Shown here: positions 37,225 to 46,161 of the stretch, piece after piece
Position numbering within the stretch: the stretch's first letter is position 1
Layout: each line of letters opens with the position of its first letter
Origin: Saprospiraceae bacterium UBA3362
Lineage (GTDB): Bacteria > Bacteroidota > Bacteroidia > Chitinophagales > Saprospiraceae
DNA length: 64,000 bases
Assembly: GCA_002360455.1 (NCBI GenBank)
Contig: DEQQ01000096.1
Span: forward strand, 1-64,000
Direction of reading: 5' to 3'
The notes under the pieces: model-generated
Told to the model about the DNA's origin: nothing
The model's database searches: none
What the model saw: the letters and a program-made list of their open reading frames with translations, nothing else
Made by a program: the position numbers and the translations under genes

Positions 37225-38127
37225 TTATAACAAAGCAGCACCTATAACCCCTGCGCTATCACCAAGTTTTGGTTTCACAAAAAAAGTATTCAATTGATTA
37301 TTGAACATATATTTTTTAACCTCTTCTCTACCCCTTGTATAGATTACATCAAGGTTTCCTAGACCACCGCCAAAAACAATAATATCGGGATCAATAATAT
37401 TAATAACCACAGCAACGGCTTTTCCAAAATAATGAATCAATCGATCAATAACCCTTTGTGCATTTGCATCTCCATTTTCATATCGTTCATAGATGATTTT
37501 CATTGTTTGTTTTTCCCCCGTCAATTCTTCATAATGTCTTTGACATGCAGGACCTGAAAGAAAAGTTTCGACACAACCTTTTTTGCCGCAATAGCAGGTT
37601 GGGCCATTGGAATCTAAAATATTGTGTCCCCACTCTCCTGCAATTCCATGTTTGCCATTGATCACTTTCCCATTGATCACGATTCCACTACCTACGCCGG
37701 TACCCATAATGACACCAAAAACAACTTCTGGGTTTTTAACAAAATCCGGAACAGATCCAAAATGAGTTTCGGCAACAGCAAAACAGTTTGCATCATTGGC
37801 CATTTTTACCCGAAGACCAAGCAACTCTTCCAAGTCTCTATTCATTGGCTTGCCGACAATACATTGTGTGTTGCTGTTTTTTATCAGTTGACTATCGCCA
37901 TCAATTATCCCGGGAGTCCCTACACCAACTTGAACAGGTGTTACTCCTGTTCTTTGTTTTAACTCATCAATTAATTTTTTAAATTGACCAAGAACATGTT
38001 GATATCCTTTTTCTTGCTCTGTGGGTACGCGCAGTCGTTCAATAATCTTAAATTGCGGATCCCTTGCAAAAACAACTCCCTCAATTTTTGTACCTCCCAT
38101 ATCAATTCCCCAAAGCAACGATGCCAT
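37225..38127 (-). CDS. ROK-family sugar kinase (glucokinase / N-acetylglucosamine kinase-like)
   Basis: N-terminal GIDMGGTK ATP-binding motif. ROK zinc motif CYCGKKGCVETF. Confidence 0.75.
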   Translation of the reverse strand: MASLLWGIDMGGTKIEGVVFARDPQFKIIERLRVPTEQEKGYQHVLGQFKKLIDELKQRTGVTPVQVGVGTPGIIDGDSQLIKNSNTQCIVGKPMNRDLEELLGLRVKMANDANCFAVAETHFGSVPDFVKNPEVVFGVIMGTGVGSGIVINGKVINGKHGIAGEWGHNILDSNGPTCYCGKKGCVETFLSGPACQRHYEELTGEKQTMKIIYERYENGDANAQRVIDRLIHYFGKAVAVVINIIDPDIIVFGGGLGNLDVIYTRGREEVKKYMFNNQLNTFFVKPKLGDSAGVIGAALL

Positions 38128-38365
38128 AATTTCTTTTTTTGAACTAGCAAATATAATTTGAATAATTCAAATTTTTTCATATCAGCGAATCACTCTTTCG
38201 AATCAAAAAACTTTTATTTATATGCTTTACAATTGATTTGAGTAACATTAGAAAAAAGTTTTTATTCACCTTTTTATTTAATAATTTTTCTAATAGCGTT
38301 CAGAACGGAAAATTCATCTACATTGTCTCTTTTGTAGTAACTTTACACTTGAAAAAAAATCAACA

Positions 38366-39340
38366 ATGGAAACTTTGCTGACTGCTTTTCAGCTTCCGGA
38401 TCTGGAATCAAGATTTCAGGCAAGAATAGACGCTGAAGATAAAATCGAACCCAAAGATTGGATGCCGGAAGAATATAGAAAAACCCTTATAAGGCAAATA
38501 TCACAACACGCCCATTCTGAGGTTGTAGGAATGTTGCCGGAAGGCAATTGGGTTACAAGAGCTCCAAGTCTAAAACGCAAAGCCGTTTTACTCGCTAAAA
38601 TTCAAGATGAAGCCGGACACGGTCTCTATTTATACAGTGCCTGCGAAACTCTAGGGGTGAGCAGGGACCAATTGATAGATGAGCTTCACAGCGGGAAAGC
38701 CAAATATTCTAGTATATTCAATTATCCTACCTTAAATTGGGCAGATATTGGAGCCATTGGATGGTTGGTCGACGGAGCAGCAATAATGAATCAAATTCCT
38801 CTTTGTAGAGCCAGCTTTGGTCCATATTCAAGAGCTATGATTCGCGTATGCAAAGAAGAATCTTTTCATCAACGGCAGGGATATGAGATCATGCTTACTC
38901 TTAGTAAAGGCAGTAAGGAACAAAAAGCAATGGCACAAGATGCCTTGAACAGATGGTGGTGGCCAAGCTTGATGATGTTTGGTCCCAGTGATCAGGATTC
39001 CAAACACTCAGCCCAATCTATGAAATGGAAAATAAAAAGATTTTCTAACGATGAGCTTCGTCAAAGATTTGTTGATATGACAGTCCCACAAGCAGAACTC
39101 ATAGGGCTAAAAGTTCCTGATGACCAACTGAAATGGAATGAAGAACGCAGGTCCTATGACTTTGGAGAAATCCCTTGGGACGAGTTTTGGAATGTGGTCA
39201 ATGGAAATGGGCCCTGCAACAAAAAACGACTGGCAGATCGAGTTAATGCTCATAATGAAGGAAAATGGGTGAGAGAAGCGGCCGAAGCATTTGCCAAAAA
39301 ACAAGCTCAAAGAACCGATTCTAAACTCAAATCAAACTAA
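38366..39340 (+). CDS. paaA: 1,2-phenylacetyl-CoA epoxidase subunit A (ferritin-like di-iron)
   Basis: Ferritin-like E...EAGH di-iron motifs ([10 protein letters not shown] ... EESFHQRQG). Confidence 0.8.
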   Translation: METLLTAFQLPDLESRFQARIDAEDKIEPKDWMPEEYRKTLIRQISQHAHSEVVGMLPEGNWVTRAPSLKRKAVLLAKIQDEAGHGLYLYSACETLGVSRDQLIDELHSGKAKYSSIFNYPTLNWADIGAIGWLVDGAAIMNQIPLCRASFGPYSRAMIRVCKEESFHQRQGYEIMLTLSKGSKEQKAMAQDALNRWWWPSLMMFGPSDQDSKHSAQSMKWKIKRFSNDELRQRFVDMTVPQAELIGLKVPDDQLKWNEERRSYDFGEIPWDEFWNVVNGNGPCNKKRLADRVNAHNEGKWVREAAEAFAKKQAQRTDSKLKSN

Positions 39341-39358
39341 AAAGTATATAAATTAATT

Positions 39359-39634
39359 ATGTGGCCATTATTTGAAATCTTTATTAGAGCAAAAAACGGA
39401 TTAGATCATAAGCATGTTGGCAGCCTTCATGCTGCGGATGCACAGATGGCAATAGAAAACGCAAGGGATGTTTATACCAGAAGACTGGAAGGGGTGAGCA
39501 TTTGGGTGGTAGAATCTAAACATATTACCGCATCCGACCCTAAAGACGCCGATCCTTTTTTTAAACCGGCTGAGGATAAAATTTATCGTCATCCAACGTT
39601 TTATGACCTTCCTGACGAAGTAAAACACATGTAA
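39359..39634 (+). CDS. paaB: 1,2-phenylacetyl-CoA epoxidase subunit B
   Basis: ~90-aa protein immediately after paaA, with PaaB-like conserved stretches (HVGSLHAAD, VYTRR). Confidence 0.7.
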   Translation: MWPLFEIFIRAKNGLDHKHVGSLHAADAQMAIENARDVYTRRLEGVSIWVVESKHITASDPKDADPFFKPAEDKIYRHPTFYDLPDEVKHM

Positions 39635-40392
39635 TGGCTTCAAAACAATCATTAATAGATAGTATATTAATTCTGGCTGATTCCAGTTTGATTTTAGCTC
39701 AACGACTGGGTGAATGGTGCGGTCATGGTCCGGTGCTTGAACAAGATATGGCAATGACAAATATCGCATTGGATTACATCGGAAGATCCAGGTTGCTGTA
39801 TCAATATGCCGCTCAACTCCAAGGCGAAGGAAAATCTGAAGATGATCTCGCTTTCCTCAGAGATGTTGGTGAATACAAGAATCTTTTACTTGTGGAACAA
39901 GAAAATGGTCATTTTGGGCATACGGTAATAAGACAGTTTTTTTTGGAAGCATTCCAATTTCCTTTCTATGATGCTTTGCAAAATTCGCAAGATCAGACTT
40001 TAAAAGAAATAGCCTCCAAAACCATAAAAGAAACGGCCTATCACTTGAAATGGAGCACGGAATGGGTCATCAGATTGGGAGATGGAACAGAAGAAAGTCA
40101 TCAAAAAATTAAAACCGCAATAACGGACTTGGTTCCTTTTACCGGAGAATTGACACAAGCGGTTTCTTGTGAAAAAGAATTGATAGATCAAAATATTTTT
40201 CCTGATTATGATGAAATAAAAAGGAAAATGGATGCTCTAATAAATACAGCTTTTAAACAAGCCGGCCTTGAATTACCAACCCAAGTTTATATGCATCAAG
40301 GAGGCAAAAAAGGATTGCACTCAGAACTTTTGGGTTATATTTTATCAGACATGCAATTCCTACAACGTGCCTATCCGGGATTAGAATGGTAA
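39634..40392 (+). CDS. paaC: 1,2-phenylacetyl-CoA epoxidase subunit C
   Basis: Ferritin-like ~250-aa protein. Start overlaps the paaB stop. Confidence 0.65.
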   Translation: MASKQSLIDSILILADSSLILAQRLGEWCGHGPVLEQDMAMTNIALDYIGRSRLLYQYAAQLQGEGKSEDDLAFLRDVGEYKNLLLVEQENGHFGHTVIRQFFLEAFQFPFYDALQNSQDQTLKEIASKTIKETAYHLKWSTEWVIRLGDGTEESHQKIKTAITDLVPFTGELTQAVSCEKELIDQNIFPDYDEIKRKMDALINTAFKQAGLELPTQVYMHQGGKKGLHSELLGYILSDMQFLQRAYPGLEW

Positions 40393-40883
40393 TAGAGCAA
40401 AAAAATACTAAGGAATATATTTTTTCATTGCTTGAAGAAGTTTGTGATCCTGAGATCCCGGTCCTTTCAATTCTGGATTTGGGAATAGTGAGACGAGTTG
40501 ATCTCTTAGAAAATCAATTAGAAATTGATATTACTCCCACCTATACCGGTTGTCCGGCAATGAGTTTGATCGAAGCAACAATAAAAGCCCATCTTGAACA
40601 GATGACCCAAAAAACCGTCATCATCAAAACAGTTTTGAGCCCTGCGTGGACAACAGATTGGATCTCTGAATCAGGCAAAATTAAGCTCAAAGAGTATGGA
40701 ATAGCTGCTCCTCAAAATCAGGCAAGAATTCAAAATATCCTTTTTCAAAAAGAACAGGTAGCCTGCCCAAGATGTGAGTCACTAAATACTGTTTTAGTGG
40801 CAGAATTTGGCTCCACTGCTTGCAAATCCTTATACAAGTGTAGTGATTGCTTGGAACCTTTTGACTATTTTAAATGTCATTAG
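40386..40883 (+). CDS. paaD: phenylacetate-CoA oxygenase subunit PaaD (SUF/MIP18-like Fe-S assembly domain plus C-terminal Cys cluster)
   Basis: DPEIPVLSILDLGIV (DUF59/MIP18-like). C-terminal CPRC...CSDC. Confidence 0.6.
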   Translation: MVIEQKNTKEYIFSLLEEVCDPEIPVLSILDLGIVRRVDLLENQLEIDITPTYTGCPAMSLIEATIKAHLEQMTQKTVIIKTVLSPAWTTDWISESGKIKLKEYGIAAPQNQARIQNILFQKEQVACPRCESLNTVLVAEFGSTACKSLYKCSDCLEPFDYFKCH

Positions 40884-40909
40884 GTTCAAAGAATAAAACA
40901 CAAAAAATG

Positions 40910-42853
40910 TTATTGAAAAATAGAAATAGGAATAGCGATTAGGCGTTTTTTGTAAGACCAAAAATTAATAAAATACAATCCATTATCAAGCTCTTGAGGA
41001 ATTTGAATTCCATTTTTCTCGGTGAAATTTTGAGCAGTTAATATTTTCCCTTGTAGGTTTGAAATACTCCAATGGGTTGGATTTAGCTCCAATAATTTGG
41101 AAGATAAATTCAATGTGTGTCCCACAGCAATCGGATTTGGCCAAGCTAAACTCAGCTTATTTTGTACATCTTCTGTACCTGTAATTGACCTTAAATCATA
41201 AACAAATTCATTACTGCATGAGGATCTTAGGTCTGTAATTTTTACTTTGTAAATTCCCGGAGTCAAATTACTTACACTTGAAGAAGTGCTACCTGTACTC
41301 CACAAGTAACTGTATTGAAATCCTCCTGAAGGGTAAAGACTTATAGAATATTTTCCTAGAGAATAATCTATTTGAGCACCATCCTTTAGCTCATTGATAT
41401 AGCTTAATTCTAAGTTGACTATGGAGTCACAGCCTTGACTGTTTCGGAACACCTGTTTGTAAACACCTGCATTATAATAAAGCTGTCCGTTCCAATTGTA
41501 AAAACTTCCCTTGCAAATTTGAGCTTTGAAACTATCTCTTGTGATGGCTAAGAATCCTAAATTGACAATTAAAATAGAGTCACACTTCGAATCATCATTA
41601 GATGGAAAATAAAACACATCTCTGGTATTTCGCTCATCAAATACCTTGTCATGTATTTTAATATAGGTTCCTTCACAGATAGAAGTATCAAGCACAGCCA
41701 CATTGGGTTTGCAACTTAAAACGGAATGTTTGACCAAAATTTCCAAGCCGGACATTACAGGATTGGTAATTTTTACATGCAAATTCCCTTTGTGAACTTT
41801 ATTATTATATTTTATGAGAAAGTCTTTATCATGGCTTAAAGGCGATCCTTCATTTTCAATAAACCAAGAATATTGATTGGTTGGAATATTCTGATCAAAG
41901 GCCAAATTAAATTCTCTCTCTTCTCCTTGAGCCAGCTCTACTATATGATTATAAACAATAGGTTTTTGAGTGTTAAAATAAAGCAGTCCAAAACTAGATT
42001 TATTGGAATAAGTAGGCAATAAATCTTCTATTGTAAAAAAGTTATCTTCAAGATGAACCTCATAAATATTTTCAAATGCCGGAATTGATTCAAAAAAATT
42101 ATTCTGTATAAAAAATTCTCTTTTTCCATTCATAATGTTGGCAAGTTCCACAGGTATTGCCCCTATAAACTGATTGATCGGAATAGAAAAAACTTCAAGC
42201 TTGGTAAGATTAGTGATACTTGAAGGAAGGTTTCCGGAAAATTGGTTATTTCCTATTCTAAAAATCTCAAGATTAATTAAATTTCCAATGTCTGTAGGAA
42301 GCACACCATAAAATCTATTTTTTACCAAGCCCAATTCCTTAAGTCTAGGAAGTTGACAAATTGCTTTAGGAAATGAAGATGAAAATTGATTTAATCCTAA
42401 ATTTAATACAGATAATTTTTGGAGCTTGCTAAGTTCACTTGAAATTTCACCTTTGAGTTGATTATTAAACAGAACTAGAGTTTCTAAATTCGTAAGCTGA
42501 TACAATTCATAAGGCAATTCGCCATAGATATCATTCCCTTTTAGCTCGAGTTGGGTCAATCCGCTTAGTTTACATAAGACCGTGGGAAAGCTACTATTCA
42601 AAACATACCCATCCAATACAAAGCTGCTCACCCTACATCCTTGTCCATCAAGTTTAAAAACTGTTGGCGCAATTTTATCTAAAGGTTGTGTAAAATCCCA
42701 GTTCAATTGAGATTTAAGTGCATCATTACAATTCTTAGAGTAGAATTCAACTAAAACCAAAGAATCCTTCTCCCGCCATTGTTCGCATGACTGAGCTAAG
42801 TTACTGTTTATGGAAAAAAGGCTTAAAAAAAATAAGCCCCAAAAAATCTTCAT
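40910..42853 (-). CDS. secreted leucine-rich-repeat protein with C-terminal T9SS sorting domain
   Basis: Start taken at MKIFWGLFFLSLFSINSNLAQ (signal peptide). Multiple LxxLxLxxNxL LRR units. C-terminal ~90 aa beta-rich ending IPISIFQ. Confidence 0.55.
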   Translation of the reverse strand: MKIFWGLFFLSLFSINSNLAQSCEQWREKDSLVLVEFYSKNCNDALKSQLNWDFTQPLDKIAPTVFKLDGQGCRVSSFVLDGYVLNSSFPTVLCKLSGLTQLELKGNDIYGELPYELYQLTNLETLVLFNNQLKGEISSELSKLQKLSVLNLGLNQFSSSFPKAICQLPRLKELGLVKNRFYGVLPTDIGNLINLEIFRIGNNQFSGNLPSSITNLTKLEVFSIPINQFIGAIPVELANIMNGKREFFIQNNFFESIPAFENIYEVHLEDNFFTIEDLLPTYSNKSSFGLLYFNTQKPIVYNHIVELAQGEEREFNLAFDQNIPTNQYSWFIENEGSPLSHDKDFLIKYNNKVHKGNLHVKITNPVMSGLEILVKHSVLSCKPNVAVLDTSICEGTYIKIHDKVFDERNTRDVFYFPSNDDSKCDSILIVNLGFLAITRDSFKAQICKGSFYNWNGQLYYNAGVYKQVFRNSQGCDSIVNLELSYINELKDGAQIDYSLGKYSISLYPSGGFQYSYLWSTGSTSSSVSNLTPGIYKVKITDLRSSCSNEFVYDLRSITGTEDVQNKLSLAWPNPIAVGHTLNLSSKLLELNPTHWSISNLQGKILTAQNFTEKNGIQIPQELDNGLYFINFWSYKKRLIAIPISIFQ

Positions 42854-43176
42854 ACTACAGAATTGTTGGAAAAACAATTTTACGACGTCAAAAATACAAA
42901 AAGATTCGGCCTTCAAATTGGAATGAGGTTGGTCTCCTATCATCAAATTCTGTTCCAATGATGATATTATGAATATCCTATATTTATAAAACTGGTTTTT
43001 AGAATAATTTATACATGCAACTCCCTAATTTTCAATGGATTAATTTTTTTTGATTTTTTTTAAATATTTTAGTTTTCTAATTTAAAAAACAAGGACTTTT
43101 AGCCCTTTTTCACTCAAGGGACTTGTAAATTAAAGAAAAAATAGATTATTTCTTGGAATTCTAACATACTTTATAG

Positions 43177-43184
43177 TATCTTTG
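43177..43184 (+). promoter_or_regulatory. Bacteroidetes-type -7 promoter element TATCTTTG (TAnnTTTG) upstream of rplU
   Basis: Exact match to the Bacteroidetes sigma-A -7 consensus, 28 nt upstream of the rplU start codon. Confidence 0.4.
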
Positions 43185-43211
43185 CAATCCATTTTGAAAA
43201 ACTAAGGAATC

Positions 43212-43523
43212 ATGGTAGCCATAGTAGATATCGCCGGACAACAATTTAAAGTTTCTGCAGGGCAGAAAGTCTATGTTCATAGATTGGATTCAGACAAGGG
43301 TTCAAAGCTTAGCTTTGATCAAGTATTATTGGTTAGTGGTGATGCCGGAACTACTGTAGGAGCTCCAACGGTTTCTGGTGCAAAAATTGAGGCCACCTTA
43401 CTAGATCATGTAAAGGGCGACAAAGTAGTTGTTTACAAGAAAAAACGTCGTAAAGGATATGAGAAAAAGAATGGGCACAGACAGTCCTTTTCTCAAATTA
43501 AAATAGACTCTATTGTTCTTTAA
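43212..43523 (+). CDS. rplU: 50S ribosomal protein L21
   Basis: MVAIVDIAGQQFKVSAGQKVYVHRL is the canonical L21 N-terminus. Confidence 0.9.
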   Translation: MVAIVDIAGQQFKVSAGQKVYVHRLDSDKGSKLSFDQVLLVSGDAGTTVGAPTVSGAKIEATLLDHVKGDKVVVYKKKRRKGYEKKNGHRQSFSQIKIDSIVL

Positions 43524-43545
43524 TATTATAAAATAAGAAACTGTC

Positions 43546-43794
43546 ATGGCACATAAGAAAGGTGAAGGTAGTACTAGTAACGGACGCGATAGTAATAGCA
43601 AAAGACTAGGCGTTAAGTTGTTTGGTGGACAGACAGCTAAATCCGGAAACATCATTGTAAGACAGAGAGGAACTCAATACCATCCCGGCAAAAATGTTGG
43701 AATAGGTAAAGATTATACACTGTATGCATTGGCAGATGGTGTAGTAACGTTCAAAAAATCTCGACTTGATAGAAATGTTGTAGAAGTACTCTAG
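43546..43794 (+). CDS. rpmA: 50S ribosomal protein L27
   Basis: [24 protein letters not shown] is the canonical L27 N-terminus. Confidence 0.9.
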   Translation: MAHKKGEGSTSNGRDSNSKRLGVKLFGGQTAKSGNIIVRQRGTQYHPGKNVGIGKDYTLYALADGVVTFKKSRLDRNVVEVL

Positions 43795-43823
43795 AAAGCA
43801 CAACTGCATTTCTCTTTTTTCCT

Positions 43824-44543
43824 TTATAATTTAATTATCTCTATTTCTTGAGACTGAACCCATCCTTGATTCAGATCAGATAGCCTTACCTTTTTCCAAG
43901 TTCCTATTTCATCCAAAAGAAGCAATTTCTCTCCGGCAGGTAGAGGAGATTTGATTTGACTCAGCGTATCCGGAGATAAATACAGATTACTGTTTTTCAT
44001 AACAACTGCACCGGACCCGGAATAGTCTGAATCATCTCTACTCCAGGCGAGCAAGAAGCTCAACAATGAAATCAAGAACAACACTCCTCCAAATCCAATT
44101 CTTTTTTTCCATTTGAATAAGAATAGCCCAAGACCAAAGCATAATGTCGATAAGAAAAACCAATAAGACGCACTTACACTGTTTCGAGCACTTTTCCATA
44201 CCTTGCTAACAGTCGATTCGGGTGTCTTAATAGGCTCAACACCGGAAGCAGCTTGGTAAATTGCCAAATTTTGTTTGCACTTTAAACAATTAGGACTCCA
44301 CAATAATGCCCTATAGCTTAATAAAATTGCTTTTGCGAGTTGACCCGATTTAGAATAGGCCAACGCTGCGTTGTACAATAAACTTTCACCTCCAAATCCT
44401 TGATCAATCAGCTTTTGATAAACCTCTGCACTTTCTCGATATTTTGCTTCTGAAAATAACTTCATAGCTCTATCGGATTCTTCATTTGAAAAACCAAAGT
44501 TGGAATAAAGCAAGACAACGCAAACAAGAAAATAAAACCTCAT
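43824..44543 (-). CDS. BatE-like TPR-repeat / SH3-domain membrane-anchored protein
   Basis: Signal peptide from MRFYFLVCVVLL (internal Met of ORF 43824..44579). TPR-like helices, one TM, C-terminal SH3-like domain (GTWKKVRLSDLNQGWVQSQEIEII). Confidence 0.45.
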   Translation of the reverse strand: MRFYFLVCVVLLYSNFGFSNEESDRAMKLFSEAKYRESAEVYQKLIDQGFGGESLLYNAALAYSKSGQLAKAILLSYRALLWSPNCLKCKQNLAIYQAASGVEPIKTPESTVSKVWKSARNSVSASYWFFLSTLCFGLGLFLFKWKKRIGFGGVLFLISLLSFLLAWSRDDSDYSGSGAVVMKNSNLYLSPDTLSQIKSPLPAGEKLLLLDEIGTWKKVRLSDLNQGWVQSQEIEIIKL

Positions 44544-44632
44544 CTTAAAAACCGATTTCGAAAAGACACAATGAAGCAACCATCAATTGACAATAACCTA
44601 ATTATATGAAAAAAAAATTAAAGCGATTTGGT

Positions 44633-45085
44633 TCAACTGACTTTATAAATCATTGCAATATGCGGAATTCCATCTTCCAAATATTCTTGTCCAACAGCTA
44701 TAAATCCAAGCTCAGTATAAAATTTTTTTAAATAGGATTGAGCCGATATTTTAATATCTTGATTTTGAAAAATGGCTTTACACACCTTGATGGATTCTTT
44801 CATTAGCTCAATTCCATATCCTTTTGCTCTATGGGCTTGATGAGATACAACACGTCCAATAGAGCAATATTGCATGTATGATACACCCGGAGATAGTAAC
44901 CTCGAACAAGCAACTAATTGATTCTTTGAGTCGTATAAAAGCACATGATAAGCCTCTAAATCTTTGTTATCCATATCCTGATAAACACAATTTTGTTCAA
45001 CAACAAATACCTCGGATCTCAATTGAAGTAAATGATATAACTCAAGATTGTTTAATTCTGAAAAATGCTTGATTACAAAAGACAT
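44633..45085 (-). CDS. GNAT-family N-acetyltransferase (ElaA-like)
   Basis: 150 aa. HRAKGYGIELMKESIK acetyl-CoA binding motif. Confidence 0.7.
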   Translation of the reverse strand: MSFVIKHFSELNNLELYHLLQLRSEVFVVEQNCVYQDMDNKDLEAYHVLLYDSKNQLVACSRLLSPGVSYMQYCSIGRVVSHQAHRAKGYGIELMKESIKVCKAIFQNQDIKISAQSYLKKFYTELGFIAVGQEYLEDGIPHIAMIYKVS

Positions 45086-45196
45086 AATTAATAAATACTG
45101 ATAGTTAGTCTGAAATTTGCTTTACTAATTTATTCAATTCTTTGATCAGCAAAAAGCTAAAGATTGAATCCAATTTTGCAAATATAAAATTGATCT

Positions 45197-46150
45197 TTAA
45201 AATTTGAGCTGATATCGGCCAAATATTCCGAATGGGTTTTTATCACCATCTTCCATTACTTGAAACCAAGAACATTCCAAATTTTTTGAATACATGATTT
45301 CATTTTTTGGTGTATTGAATATTCCAAACAGTGAGTTTTGAATTAATCCTTGAGTATTATCTCTTCTACTGGAATTAAAATCTGTGCTGGATTTAAACTG
45401 TAAAAGTTCACTTGACCAAGGAACTATATTAAGATCTGCACAGAGTATTCTGGGCCCGGAAAATGAATTGATTGTATTCGCTAAACTGTCCAAATAAATT
45501 TTTAATTTTTGATAACCGTTCATTGTAACCGGAGGCAAACTGTTGCTTGCAAAAATTTTAAAACTATCATTTGCCGAGCTTACAAGTCCGATACTCAATA
45601 CCGGATTTTGTAAAATCTTATAGATATTTTGATCTGTAAAGTTAAATTTTGAAAAAATAGCCTTTCCCAATGGGTCAATTCTCATCTCTTTAATAGAAAA
45701 CGAATAATTACTTGCAAGCCATTCTCCAAGCTCCATCCATTCCGGGGTAAATTCTTCAACTACAACTAAGTCCGCTTGAGTAAATTGAATTTGCTGTATA
45801 ATCTGTTGAATATGCCCATTACTTATACTTGGATTGATAAATGCTATGGAGATAGAATGTAAATTATCATGATTGGCAAGTTTAATATTTGTGTTAAAAG
45901 AATTAAGCAAGAACAAGGCCATTGCAGCGCAACAAGCAATGGCTACATACATTAATTTTTTTTGACTTATGATTAGAAAAATCATGGCAAGACCCAAACA
46001 AACAAACATCCAAGGGATAGCATAAGCCCTGAATTGCTTTGCAATTAATAGTGGCAAGGGCAAAATAAACGATAAGCTCATAGCACATAGAATAATAGTC
46101 AAGCTCCAAAACACTAAAGGATGAATGAAAAATCTATAAAGCCTGAGCAT
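45197..46150 (-). CDS. endonuclease/exonuclease/phosphatase (EEP)-family membrane protein
   Basis: N-terminal TM helices followed by an EEP-like domain (DLVVVEEF..., NIVPWSSE). Confidence 0.45.
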   Translation of the reverse strand: MLRLYRFFIHPLVFWSLTIILCAMSLSFILPLPLLIAKQFRAYAIPWMFVCLGLAMIFLIISQKKLMYVAIACCAAMALFLLNSFNTNIKLANHDNLHSISIAFINPSISNGHIQQIIQQIQFTQADLVVVEEFTPEWMELGEWLASNYSFSIKEMRIDPLGKAIFSKFNFTDQNIYKILQNPVLSIGLVSSANDSFKIFASNSLPPVTMNGYQKLKIYLDSLANTINSFSGPRILCADLNIVPWSSELLQFKSSTDFNSSRRDNTQGLIQNSLFGIFNTPKNEIMYSKNLECSWFQVMEDGDKNPFGIFGRYQLKF

Positions 46151-46161
46151 TTAAATACAGC

